Source of the DNA: Girardia tigrina
Taxonomy: Eukaryota
Reading direction: 5' to 3'
DNA length: 56,256 bases
Assembly (NCBI GenBank): GCA_001938485.1
Contig: MQRK01235035.1
Location: 1 to 56,256, forward strand
Positions 1 to 52,989 of the stretch are shown here, one piece after another (within the stretch, counting starts at the first letter, position 1; every line of letters begins with the position of its first letter). The position numbers and the translations under genes are program-made. The notes under the pieces are model-generated. The model was not told the origin of the DNA. It searched no databases and saw only the letters and a program-made list of their open reading frames with translations.

Positions 1-614
1 TGTTAGGATAATTAAATTAATATCAATACATATTTATATTTAAATTCATATATCTATTTATAAATATATAAAGGATCCATTATATGATTATATAGACTCC
101 TGAAATTGTTTAAATCAATAAACGTAATTATAAATTACGCGCATAATTTAATTTTGATTGAAAATAAATATTTCTTCTAGTTTCGATTTTTTAATGAATA
201 ATTCTTACAGTGTAGACGATTTATATCCACTGAATAATATTTTCCGGAACATATTTATTCAATATTACTTGCCGGATTATTATTTCCAACTAATTCCAGA
301 TAAATTTTTTTTATTAATTACACTGATCTGCGAGACAAACAACAGTTGATAATCATTTGTCATAGTCAGTGGTTATTCTTTGTTTGTAAGTGATAATCTA
401 TTGTACTAAAAGTTCTGTACGTTCGTTTTGATTCAATATCATTTTTTACTGTTAGTTTCCTTTTTAGTCATCTTCAAACTAGGTTAACCAAATAAAGTAA
501 TTTTTGGTCAGCTTAGTTTGCTTCTAACAATAGTTAAAATAACAGAGTTGTCGTCCCAAAATAAAAGGAAAACAAATTTGTCATTTTACATTATCTTTTA
601 AAAGTTATCAGGAT

Positions 615-700
615 AAAATTACACAGGTAAAAATTGCACTGGAAACAATTACACATCGAAAAAAATTCACGAGAAAAAATTACATGTGAAAAATTAAACT
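615..700. repeat. ~15-bp periodic AAAATTACAC-like repeats (MULE TIR-like)
   Basis: aaaattacac / aaaattgcac / caattacac / aaaattcac / aaaattacat spaced about 15 nt apart. Confidence 0.4.
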
Positions 701-930
701 ATTTAAAAATAAAAATTCTCAGCAATTTCTATTTATTCATGATTCTTGTCTAACTACTTTGTAGAAAAAAAGACAGGTGAAAAATGGTTTTGTCAGAACT
801 GTTTCAATTTTCCCATCAAACAGTTTGGAAATTTTTGGATAGTATAATTGAAGAATTATCTTTTGAAGAAGTTTTACTTTGAGATTTTTTTATATAATTA
901 TTAAAACAACTTATTTTTTCATATCTCACA

Positions 931-943
931 TCCTTCCTTTCTT
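931..943 (-). other. Polypurine tract directly before the 3' LTR start (TGTGAGATA from 930 leftwards)
   Basis: Minus strand reads AAGAAAGGAAGGA-TGTGAG just after the integrase end. Confidence 0.7.
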
Positions 944-3716
944 GATGTTGTTACCGGAACCTAATTGAAATTTTTCCCCTTGTCGATTTGATTAGAAGTC
1001 TTCTTTCGTCTGATTCTTGATTTTTATTTTCAGTTTTCACGGATGTTCGACAAGTAATGGATTTTTTACTGAAAATACTGCTATCACTGCTATCTTCCTC
1101 GGAACTTGGTGATACTAATTTTAATTTATTATAATTCCTTTTAATTCTTCTATTATCCGTTTCGTTAAATAATATAAGTCCAATTATTAATAATTTCTTC
1201 TATATTGAATGGACCGATAGATGTCTGTCAGGATTTCACAAGCAAGATATCTCCAACTTTTAGCTTCTTATTTCAATCGTGTTTATTGTATCGACATTTA
1301 TATTTCTCATTTTTTTCCTTTCCTCGTTGCAATATTATATCTTTTGTTATCTGAAGTATTGTTACTTCCTCAGATTGTTTTAACCAGCTAAATGTGATTG
1401 AAAAGTATAATCGTCATGGAGAAGTGGCAAAATTTTGGGTATTGACGAGTGTACTCGTCATTCCTATAAATCAGTGTCCATTGGCTATTTAAATTGCAAT
1501 TTTTGCGAAAAATTCTTAAATTGCAAAGGTGAAACAAAATTGTGGCCACTTTTAAATGAGGGCGCTACAGTCAACTGGTTAAGAAGGATAGCTCTGGTTT
1601 AAAGTCGAATAATATCTCAAAGAGATTAAAACCAGTTGCCTTCTGTACAGTGTTCCAGATCCCAAATTCAATGAAAGGTATTGTTTCAGGCCAGTTTTGG
1701 TGTTTTCCTTCTTCCATCATTGCTGAATCATTGGTTTGACACTCCTAAATAGTCATTCTATTAGTCCGCCACTTTGAAGGTAATATAGTGAGGAAATGAT
1801 TTCTTTATGTCTAATAGTTTTCATAAATCTGTCGCTATTGCAGACTTAAAATTCGATCCAGAATTACTATAAATTTATTGTGGTATTCCGAATTTAGAAA
1901 TTCAATTAATCCATATTGCTTTTTATATCGCAGTTGCTGAAATAGATTCCATTGGAACAAGACAGATATGTTAGGGGCTGAAATTAAATTAATAAAATAT
2001 ATAAAATAAAAAATTAATATGTTCATGCTTTATCCTCTCTACAAAGAATATTAAATTGAAAAAAAATATTTCAAAAAATCAAATTTTGTTTGAGCTCAGT
2101 GCTTAGGGACTCTTGGTAGCTTGTAGGGATAATATTGAAATTTTAATATATATTATTATAGTTATAATTATTATTATGTGTCTTACTATAATAATATTAT
2201 TGATTTACAATATTTTAATATTATTATTATTTTTGTTACTATTATTAATATTTAAATATTATTATTAATATGAATAATATGATTATTTCATTATTCGTAA
2301 TATTATTATTTTTATTTTTATCAAAATTATTATTATTATTATTATTATTATAAAAAAGAGCACTTACTTTGAAATTGATAAATTTTGAAAAAATAAAATA
2401 ATTCCCAATTCTGGCCGGATAAGAACGATTGAATTGATAATTGAGTAGTTATACCCAATAAATAAAATATAATGGATAATTATATCCAATTAAAATATAA
2501 TTATATTTGCCTTAGGCAAATATTTAAATTAGATATTTAAATTTTTAAATATAAATTGATTTTTTTATTATTATATAAATCGGGTATAGATACCCAAAAT
2601 TTTTATAAAAATTCTGAATTGAATTTATCATTGTAAAATTATTTAACAAAACGAATTATATATTTTGGATCCTCCATCGTTATTCTTAAGGCGTATTATT
2701 TTGAAAGACATTCGTGCTGAAATGAATAAAGTTATAAAACAAATTGTCTTGTGATCATTATTATTATTAGTTATTCGGAAACAAATCTCTTTCAAGATTT
2801 ATTTTAAATTTGATACCTAATCAGAATCTCAAGCGATATTAGTTTTATATTTAAGTGAGGAAACATTTATTGAATCTAAAGTGACAGTTGGATGAACCTT
2901 ATGGTAGTCGAGTCAGATATCATAATAATTGTTTAAAACTCAAGATATTAAAAGAATTAAATTCTTCAAATACCCAACAGATATACTTAGAGTAATAATC
3001 TATTATTTCATAAATAAACCGGTAACTTTATGTTGTTTCTTTAAATGGTTCCTTAATATCCATATACCGAGTTATTCAAACCGTCCATTGGTTTCAGTTT
3101 TTGTAACGGTGCTCGAAAATTTCCACATACATCTTTATATCTAGTACATATATTGCATTTACTAATAATTTCTTGAAGATAGTCATGCAAATTTCGCCAG
3201 TCATAGTCACTTGACATAGCCTTTGCAGTCTTCTCAATCCCAATGTTTCCCAGTCATTTATTCGTTGCTTTTATCGTCTGTTCCTTAACTTCTCTTAGTA
3301 CTATCAAATGGTATTTATCAGTCTTAAATCAGTATAGTGTATCTCCTCTTATCCTGCTATTTTCTCGTACATTCCACAAATGTTTAAAATTCTTAATCCA
3401 GTAATGATGATTTCTGGTATCGTTGTTTCATTTTTTCGAGAAAGTAGCTGTTTAAAATTATTAATATTAATACCATTGTCTTCTGCAATATGCCATAACA
3501 TTCTCTCTGATTCATTGTCTGTTACATATTCTTCTAAATTTAATTATTTGTCACTTAGTACCTTGTTTTTTTGTTTCTTCTTTCGATCCACCTGTGGTAG
3601 TAAACATTGTTCACATTGTGGTAATCTAGACACAGCGTCTATATTCGTATGTTTTTCACCTTTCCTGAATGTGACAGTCACGTAACTCTAATTCAGCTTT
3701 CCAGATACAATATTGC

Positions 3717-4739
3717 GGTATCCATCAATAAGATCGCGCACAAAAGGTCGCGCTTCAAAAGGTCGTGCACAAAATGTCGCCAAACAAAAGATCGACGGGC
3801 TAAAAAGATAGCCACATATAAGATCGCCTGCAGACCGCATTAATATCGCCTTTCAATTTTAGTTGAAATATTTACACAACTGACGCCGATTTCGCATTAG
3901 CAATACGCCAGTTAGCGGCACTAGCTTTCGTTCCTACTGATGACGTCACAACTGCCTTCGACGATCTTATGGAGTCAATTTTCTACCAGGCAAACAGCGA
4001 TATATTACGTGATTTGGTGAATTATTTTGAAGACACGTGGATCGGGCGACCAAATCGGCGAGGAAGAGGTCGAAGTGAACCAATATTTCCACACTCTCTT
4101 TGGAACTGCTACGATGCTTCCCTGGATGATCTTCCCAAAACAAACAATGCAGTAGAAGGTTGGCATCGAGGATTTAGCCAACTTCTAGGTGCTCACCATC
4201 CTACCATCTGGAAGTTTATTGACGGAATAAAAAANNNNNNNNNNNNNNNNNNNNNNNNNNNNNNNNNNNNNNNNNNNNNNNNNNNNNNNNNNNNNNNNNN
4301 NNNNNNNNNNNNNNNNNNNNNNNNNNNNNNNNNNNNNNNNNNNNNNNNNNNTGGACTTCGACCAATAACCGATTATCTCCGGGGTATTGCTCACAACTTG
4401 AGTTTGCAAAATTAAAAATAAAGACAATAGTCCGTAACTTTACTATAGACGTTTACAAAATAATTTACTATAATAACATTTAATATTTTTACTTATTCTT
4501 CTGATATTAGTCTAAATTGATTTTCGTAACTATTTTATACTACTTGCATATTTTATATAAGAATTTGAAAAAGAAAGTATTAAAATTTATATTAAGGTAT
4601 GGTGGCGCGATATTAATGCGGTCTGCAGGCGATCTTATATGCGGCTATCTTTTTAGCCCGTCGATCTTTTGTTTGGCGACATTTTGTGCACGACCTTTTG
4701 AAGCGCGACCTTTTGTGCGCGATCTTATTGACGTAAACC
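3717..4739 (+). mobile_element. Internally deleted MULE/Mutator element inserted in the Gypsy RNase H
   Basis: ~135-bp near-perfect TIRs with GG...CC ends; 9-bp TSD CAATATTGC (3708-3716, 4740-4748); transposase C-terminus YFEDTWIG..WN..PKTNNAVEGWH (ORF 3969-4415). Confidence 0.92.
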
Positions 4740-7167
4740 CAATATTGCGAGGTATTTGTAGATCTTTAATCAAACAACTATTTTACCGCTTGCTGATCGG
4801 TACGAACTTAAAAATTAACTCCTAAAAGGTAATGCTTAAATTTCAAAACAAATACATATACTGCAAGTAGTTCTTTGTGAGTGATACAATACATCCTTTG
4901 AATTTTTGTACGGTTCTTAGACACATAATCAATCACATGATGTTTTGCTTCTTGAATTTGTCATAACACTGCACCAATACTGTTATGAGAAGCATCTGCG
5001 TCCAAGATGTATCTTTCATCTCGTCCAGGAAGTTTCAATACTGTAGGGGACATGAGTGCCGTTTTAAGTCTCATAAATGCTGTGATTACTTCCTCCGTTC
5101 ATCCAAGATCACATCTTTTTTCTTAGCATTCCATTCAGTAGCCAGGCTATTGCTGCAAAATCGTTTATAAAAGTACGATAATAATAACAAAGACGAAAAT
5201 ATTCTTGCAGTTTTTTCTTAATATTTGGTAAATTCCATTTACGAAGAGATTGTATTTTATCGGCATATATCCTAATTTAATTTTTACTGATAATGTGGCC
5301 CAAATATTAGACTTCTTGCTGCAAAAAATTACATTTTGATGAAGATAATTTTAGTCCAGCTTCTTCTATCAGTTGTAAAAATTCATCCGATCTCTCATTG
5401 TGTTCTTCCACTGTCTTTCCGTATATTAAAGCATAATCTAAATAAATAACTCAAATCACCCAGTTTTGTGTTTTCAGAATTCTGCTCATCATCCTCTGGA
5501 ATGTTGCTTGAGCGGCACATAGCCCAAACGGCATTCGAGTAAATTCAAATTGCCAATATCTTGTACTAAATGCAATTTTCTCGATAATCACATATCTTAC
5601 CGATAGTGGATGATACTCTTTGCTTAAATCTAATACAGTGTTATAATCAACATTTCAAATGGTGTTGAAAAGCTTGGTTGTTGATGGGATCGAAAATATT
5701 GGTCCGCTCGTCTGAGCATTCAAAGCCCGATAATTCATGTACATTCTGATACCACCATTTTTTGTATCACCACAATTGGGATGTTCCATAGTGATTCACT
5801 GAGCCTAATAACTCCAACTTTTAACACTTCATCTATCGTCTGTTTTACGTTATCTTCTAAATCTTTTGGAATCCGCCTTGGTTTGTGTGAGAAGTGGTTG
5901 CAACGTCTGTATCAGAATTCATTTTTTTTAAACACCAAAATTTATTACTATAACAATTCACATTTCTAAAACAAATTTTCCTGTTAATATAATTTAATTA
6001 TCTCGACCCAAATTAATCTATTAAATTCTTTTCGATTTAATTTTTTAATTTTAAGATATTTAATATTATTTAGATACATTAAAGATATTTTTTTATTTTT
6101 AAATAAATATTTTACTTTTTTTATGATTTTCATTTATTATATAATTTTTAATTTTTAAAANNNNNNNNNNNNNNNNNNNNNNNNNNNNNNNNNNNNNNNN
6201 NNNNNNNNNNTTAATTTTTAAAAATATTTAACAAGCAAATTAATATAAAAATATTTTACCCTTTAAATTAAAAAATAATAAACTATTCAGGCGAGATAAA
6301 AAATTAAAATTAACCCCTCATAGTTTGAATGCAATCATCGGTATCGAATAAATGTTCTATGAAGTTAGTTGTACCAAGATCAAAATTTTACGTACTCCTT
6401 TATTTTAACTCGTTTTTTCAAATTTTCTTCCAGGGTTCCTATTGTTTCTTCATTCTCCGTGCATTGTGATTTTTCCATTTTTGATTTTATAATGTCTCTT
6501 CTCTGCATTTTGTCTTGAATCTTGTACATCATATTCGTTTTGTCAAAAGCTTCGATCTCAGTTAACTCTTCTTTGTGACCCATTCGCATCACAGTATGTG
6601 TTTTCTTTACTCCACATTCCTCCATTAAAATTCTTATTCACAATAAGTCGTCTACGTATTTTACCAGGCAATCGCTAATCAACAGTTCTCGTTAATAAAT
6701 TCTCTTTATCTCGAACAAATAAAAAAGACGCATTTACCTTGTTCTGAGATATGTTTTTCATATCCACCGCCATTTCTTGCATCTAGAAGGGAAGATATCG
6801 GATTTGTCTACTGTTACAGTTGATCAACTGTAAGTAGCAACTGCAGTTCGGTGAATGTGTGCATATGTTTTATTTTCTTAATTATTTATTTTCAGACCGA
6901 CAACCACACTTGGATTGGAATCCCTGAAAAGTAATTTGTATGTTTTTATTTATTCCGGTTCTTGTTCGTACCATTAATCATTCAGTGCTCTCATTTCTCT
7001 ATAAATAAAAGAAAAAGGAAAATAGAAGAATTATGTAGGAAATAAAAATATCAATTTTATTTAGTAAATAAAGAAGATTTTAAATAAACTAATAAATAAT
7101 TGATTAAATGTTATTTATTTTTCGTTTGTTTCCGTATAGTGTGCTAGTGTAATACTTTGCATGGATT

Positions 7168-7205
7168 GACCTGATGATATAACTGTTTTCTCGAGACGTG
7201 TTGTC
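7168..7205 (+). ncRNA. Decayed minimal type I hammerhead ribozyme motif (Penelope-type)
   Basis: gac-CTGATGA-...-CGAGAC GT GTT-gtc; GAAA mutated to GAGA, stem II eroded. Confidence 0.4.
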
Positions 7206-7843
7206 TTATTTTATTCCCAATATCAAAAAGATTTTTACATCCCTTTATTTTGTCAATTTTTGGATTAATAAATTATTTACTTCTTTAACGGTCAGGTGCT
7301 TAGTAATTTAATTACTGTATTCCATAATTTATCACAACTGAGTACAACTTAATATAAATATCTAGAAACTCCTAACAGAGTATACATGTATAATGTTATA
7401 TATGTATGATATGAAAATCGTAAAAATTATTATAACTAATAAATAAAATTAATGAAAAGAACGATTCAACTATCTGGATTCAATTTAACTTGATCAATTA
7501 TAGAAATATATAAAAAAACAATTCAAATTATTCGGTAATTTTAATTTTAATTAATTCAAAAATTCAGTAATTTTCCAAAAAAACAAACTAACTAAAATCA
7601 AACATAAAACTAATAAAAAATATTTCAAATTATAAAATTTCAACATAAAATAAAAAAATTAACTGTTTTTAAAAATAACAAAAACCAATTTATCTTTTCC
7701 ACATAAACAATCACACGAAATCGCTCTTTGTTTTACTGTTATTGTTTGTATAATTACTGTAAATTGTTGTATTTATGAAAATCTAATTTTTATTCGATTC
7801 TGAAATTTGAATTTATTATTGGTGAAATATTTGATAATCGTCA

Positions 7844-47778
<39,935 letters not shown>

Positions 47779-48163
47779 TTTTTTAAAAAACATTGAAATT
47801 TCAAATCACAAATTTTGACAGTATTGTTATTGAGAAATAAATCGGAAAATATGAATTTTGAAAACCAATTTTTTTCGTTTTTAAAAACAAAACTCAATAT
47901 ATCTATAGAATTGATTTTTTCAGTTTTTTTTCATCAAAAAAAATATTTTCTTAAATTTTATAATAGGATAATTTTGAAAAAAATTATTTTAAAATTAAAA
48001 AAACGTTTTTTTAATAAAAAGAAATTTGTTTAAATACTTTAATAGACTTGATTGTAAAAAATTCAATTTAGAGTATGTTTATGTGATTTTTATAAAAACG
48101 TTATATTTTCCAATTTTTCCAAATGAATATTTTTAATGGTCAATTTTTTTTCAAATTTTAGAT

Positions 48164-48601
48164 ATGGCATCGACCAGTGTTCCAAGTGTTCAAGTTTTTG
48201 GACGAAAAAAAACCGCGACCGCTGTCGCCCAATGCAAAGCCGGTAAAGGAAATATCCGAGTGAACGGTCACCCGATTTCTCTCGTTCAACCGTCCCCGTT
48301 GTACGCCAAGCTCCAGGAGCCTTTGTTGATCCTTGGAGAGGAGCGCGTCAAGCAACTCGACATCAAGATCCGAGTTAGTGGCGGAGGAAAAAACTCACAG
48401 ATCTACGCCATCCGACAAGCGCTCGCCAAATCCGTCGTCGCTTATTACCAGAAATTCGTCGACGAGTCATCCAAGAGAGAGCTGAAGGAGAGCTTCATCC
48501 GATACGACAGGAGCCTTCTGGTTGCCGACCCGAGACGCTGCGAGGCCAAGAAGTTCGGTGGACCGGGCGCGCGCGCTAGATACCAGAAATCTTACCGTTA
48601 A
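48164..48601 (+). CDS. RPS16: 40S ribosomal protein S16 (uS9), 145 aa, uninterrupted CDS
   Basis: [54 protein letters not shown]; AATAAA just after the stop. Confidence 0.98.
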   Translation: MASTSVPSVQVFGRKKTATAVAQCKAGKGNIRVNGHPISLVQPSPLYAKLQEPLLILGEERVKQLDIKIRVSGGGKNSQIYAIRQALAKSVVAYYQKFVDESSKRELKESFIRYDRSLLVADPRRCEAKKFGGPGARARYQKSYR

Positions 48602-49577
48602 TCGAATAAAAATTTTTTGGATTTATGTTGTCTTTAATTTTTAATATTTAATTGTTGTATATAAATTTAATATGGAATATTCTTTCTATTTTTTCGTGAT
48701 CTGTCTCACTTTTCGTGAAACATTTAGGAATAATTTACAATCGTGAAAGTGTCAGTAATTTTAATTCAGTTTTTTTTAAATTTAAGCGTAAATTCAATTT
48801 TCTTTCTTTGACGGATAAACTGGAAATTCCAAATTTCTGATATTGCGTATTGGATTATTTTACACTATTAATATTAATTTACAACAATCATATAGCTACG
48901 TAAATGGAGCTATATTTAAAAACATATCATGAAATTATATACATTTCAATGTTTTGTTATTTCAATAAATATTTAATGATCATTTAAATTGGAATATTCA
49001 TTTTATCAGTGAGGTTTTTTTAGAGTAAATTTCTTTTTCGTTTGTAAGATCAATCGATTTCTTTTAATATTTCATAAAAAATGAACGTCATAATTTTGTT
49101 TCCTTTTTATTTAAATTAATCGTTAGCAAAAGTTAATCGTAAATCTAAATAAACATTTGAAGATGAGCAAGTTTTATATTTTTTTGAAAGATTAAAAAAA
49201 TACGCATGTTGATATATGCGTATAAAATTATCTTTATCGATTATTTTATTAAAATCAATAAATTATGGAAAATGTCGTTTTAAGGATTTTTTAATACCAT
49301 TAGTTAATATTGAGGTTATAAAAATATGTGGTCTACATAATTCAAGGGGTTTTTAGAGTTCTTTTTCAATGTTTAGTTTTCTGAGTAGTCATCCAATTTC
49401 TCTGGGCCGTTAATGAATAATGCATATATTTTTTTTGGCGATTAAAAATGTTAAAGATGGAATGATTTTAAATGCGTTTTTTTGGTTGGCAGATTTCATT
49501 TATAACTTATTCCATACATAATAAGTGAGAAAAGTCAATGTCATTTACCGTTAATCCACAGAAGTTATTTGGTTATA

Positions 49578-49644
49578 CAGTCGAGTACGGATCAGTTGAA
49601 ACTGGTGGGCCACTTTAAAATATTCCAGTTATCCGTACTCGACT
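49578..49644. mobile_element. Tiny Tigger-like inverted-repeat remnant
   Basis: ta-CAGTCGAGTACGGAT...ATCCGTACTCGACT. Confidence 0.5.
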
Positions 49645-50092
49645 TCATTTTACTATTTACATTCTTTTGAGTCCTTTTTAGAGAAAGGAACGTTTTACAA
49701 TAGCTCTTTTGTAAGATTATTTTAATTAAAAAATGAATCACTTTTATGGTAATACTTCGTTGAAAATAACTTATGTTATACACAGGTATTTATTTTCATT
49801 GTTTTTGTTATTAAGCTACAAGTTTTCTGTTACTTTACAGAAAATATTTAATTACAAAATATACAGCTTTGAATTTTATCTCAATGTTATATTGTTTTTT
49901 ATTTCAATACTTTGTAAAATATTTAAATGTTGCGTATTTTTAGATTAGTTTTTATACATTGATTCAGTGATTCCAAGCATACCGATAAAAATTATTTCGA
50001 TTTACGTTTTCTCAAAAGTTTTTAATTTTCTAATTTTTATGTATAATTGTTAATATTGTCGATAAAGAATTTGGATAGATAACTTGCTTTCT

Positions 50093-50200
50093 ATATATAT
50101 CCATGGAATTTAGAAATATATTTTTAATGGCATTTTACTCAATAAATTTTCTCCAAACTTGGTACATTTAAAAATTTTCGATGACAATAATTTTGATGAC
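50093..50200 (+). repeat. Dispersed repeat, also at ~31755-31850 (+) and ~40950-41060 (-)
   Basis: Shared core ttttctccaaac..cac.ttta..gatgacaataa; two copies share tatatatccatggaatttagaaa. Confidence 0.65.
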
Positions 50201-52500
50201 AAATTTGATTAAAAACAATTTTAAAGGTTTCAAAATTGGAACAAAAGGGTCCCATCTGAGTTCCTGAAAAATATTAATTGAAAAAGATATTCTTATAAAT
50301 TATAAGTAGTTTGTATGAGGCGGTAATTAATTTAGTTCGCTGATCAAAATTTAAATGGTTTAAAAATTCTTTTGAATTAAAATCAAACTGAAAATTTTAA
50401 AAATTAAATGATAATTAAATATTTTAACGTTGAATTTGAAAATATTCTGTATAAAATATTATTTTGAAATATTAGAATATTATTTGATATTTTGAAATAT
50501 AATTTAGTATTATTTTTAACATAGTATTTTAGCAAAAAAATGAATGGATTAAAATAGAAAACAGATATAACAGTATTTTTAAAAAATAATCATTTTTGTT
50601 GGTTATATTAGGGTGATTTGCAAAATAAAACGAAAGTCAAAACAAGAAGATAGTTTATAAAATATTTATTTGCTAATTACAGTTTTTACAAACTTTATGA
50701 AGTAATTTAAAAACAACCTAGCTTATTTAGGAATTTTGAATTTGGATATTGGAGGAAACGAAGCTTCGCTTACCTCCAGATATTTTAGAAATATAAATAA
50801 AAATATGTTACCGTCAATATAATTATATAGTTATTATTATTCTTAATTCGTACTTTTGGTCAACTGCCGAATTCGATTTTTGATTTTTTTTAATGATCTC
50901 GCAAACTCCAGCTGAATCGCACTTTTGATTATAAAGTTTCTTCTTATCTTTTTTTCTGATTTTTCGTTTCTGCTGGACTGATTTATATATTCCAGCTTTT
51001 CCGCTCTGGGTGGTCAATTGCCATAAATTCCTGGAATTCCTTTTTTCCTTTTTAAATGTCAATTTTAATTAATCTTCTTTAAAATAATATGACTTTTAAA
51101 CTTTTTTTTTAAAAAAAATAATTCTTGCAGCTCCACGAAGCTTCTAAACTTTTAGAAATAATTTCTTTTTGTCTACCTTTTACTAACTTTCTTTCTTGCT
51201 CTTTAAACTAAGATTTTCTTGTGAACTTATTATCTCAAAATATGTTCTCCTTTCTTTAAAATCCTTCTCTATATATTTTTCTTTTCAAATTAAATTCTTC
51301 TTATTTACCTTCTAAAATGACTTAGATATCTTTCTATGAAAATATTCTTTTATTTAAATTACATTCTTTATTTCTTTTGTTTATTTTANNNNNNNNNNNN
51401 NNNNNNNNNNNNNNNNNNNNNNNNNNNNNNNNNNNNNNTTTAATTATTTATATATAATTTATATTTAATACAATAAAAAGGTAAATAATTTTTTATTATA
51501 CCTATTTAATTAAAACAAATATTAATTTTTAATATTTATATTTTATATACTCAACATTTTTGCGAGGAATATTTTAAATTGTTTGAATTTGTAAATGTAT
51601 TGATGCTGTATGTTGAATTTAGAATGATGATTCTCCCACCCAGATGGAAATTGGTATTTTTTATTTAAAGTTAAAATGATTGCCTATTCAAACAAATAAA
51701 ATAATCATTTTATAAATTCATATTTTTTAATTTAATAATTAAAATTAAGTTAAATATTTTTAGTAAAATTTTAATTAGATGCATTTTTAATAATTTGATA
51801 ACATTTTTATTATTTTGGGATTTATTGAGAAATGGTAAAAATTATTATTTTTAATTAATAATTTTTAAAAAATGACTTAGAAAAATCATTCGAATATTCA
51901 TGATTAAAAATATAAATAAGAAAACCAATTAGAATGATGACAAACGATGAAAAACTTTCTGAAAGTCATAATGACTCTAAATGTGATTGTAATAAAAATT
52001 CAAACGAGACTTGTTTAAATTTTCTTAATATGGCGAGTTTTAGTTGAACTTATCAACCATAAATATTCGAAGTTCTGCATCCTTTGGAGCACCTCTTCTA
52101 ATAACTTTATTCTTCCATATAGAAAATATGTTCTCAATATGGTCAAGAAAGGTAGAATAAAGCAACAAATACATTAGCAGAATTTGCCAAATTTCATCAT
52201 CATCCATTAAACCGCGATAATGATGAATTTGAGCATATATTTTGATTACTTTTATTTAAAATTAATATAGCTTGATCCAATTTTAAAATTTGTAAAACTG
52301 GAACTTTCATTCTAAAACTAATCAGAATTTTAATAGATAAGAATTATTACTATTTAAGCTGCCTCAAATGGTATGACAATTATATGATATTTTTCTGCAT
52401 ATTTAAATGGGGGTGAGTTTATTTAAGAGGGGTGCATTTACTCAAAAGAGTGCGCTAATTCGATAAAGTACGGTAAATAACTTTCTTTTTTTTAAATCAG

Positions 52501-52550
52501 CTGTTCTAAAGAAGACGGTTAATCCGTCGAAATTCATGAATTTATTTACA
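52501..52550 (+). ncRNA. Decayed hammerhead ribozyme motif
   Basis: CTAAAGA-a-GACGG ttaat CCGTC-GAAA-TTCATGAA-T; perfect stem II, palindromic stem III, G5>A. Confidence 0.45.
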
Positions 52551-52573
52551 GTTTTCTCAATTTTTTTACGATC

Positions 52574-52648
52574 GAACCGAGACGATGCAAGATCAAGAAC
52601 TTTGGAAGAAAGGTTGCCCGTGCACGAAATCAGAAATCTTACCGTTAA
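52574..52648 (+). pseudogene. RPS16: Decayed partial copy of the RPS16 3' end
   Basis: Reads EPRRCKIKNFGRKVARARNQKSYR* vs [24 protein letters not shown]; 3' UTR (tcgaataaa..tttggatttatgtt) also matches 48602-48630. Confidence 0.85.
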
Positions 52649-52989
52649 TCGAATAAATATTATTTGGATTTATGTTTTCTCTTTATTAATTTAATTTGTT
52701 TTAAGACCGATTTATGATGGTTAATTTTTAAGAGTGAAATATTCCTTTCCTTTTGCGGTTATACTTCATAGACAAATAATATTTTGGTAATGAAGAGAAA
52801 ATCGATTAAAATTTAAAATGAAATATGTAAATAAAAATTAGCTGTTTTAAATTTCAATGAACGTGACCACCGTAATTCTCACCCTGCTCCCTCTTTATCT
52901 GTGAAACCCAATATTCGGCCGCAGTCTATATGGACTGAATCTTTCGCTTCTAATCTGAAGTTCCGCAACATTGTTATTACTTTATTTAC

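Larger units (their letters stand above)
931..6780 (-). mobile_element. Degenerate Ty3/Gypsy LTR retrotransposon internal region (gag?-PR?-RT-RNaseH-IN), fragmented by insertions
   Basis: Minus strand: RT RMPFGLCAAQATFQRMM and VIYLDY (~5430-5550); RNase H ELLAVYVFVLKFKHYLLG..RTD (~4790-4880) and FRKGEKHTNIDAVSRLP (~3620-3680); integrase FGIPQ..SNSGSNFKS (~1840-1895); GPF module (~1170-1215). Left boundary set by the PPT, right boundary approximate. Confidence 0.85.

Noticed and set aside
3649-4825. ORFs 3649-3843 and 4517-4825
   Set aside because: Chance frames through the MULE TIRs
6787-7006. Three micro-exons with 55-66-nt GT-AG introns on the + strand
   Set aside because: No recognisable peptide; the opposite strand is nearly open and continuous with the Gypsy gag region; such sites arise easily in AT-rich DNA
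47815-48033. 72-aa F/K-rich ORF between MK2 and RPS16
   Set aside because: Low-complexity A/T-run translation of the 3' UTR/intergenic region
50823-51390. Lys-rich minus-strand ORF
   Set aside because: Compositional artefact of a T-rich tract; no domain recognised
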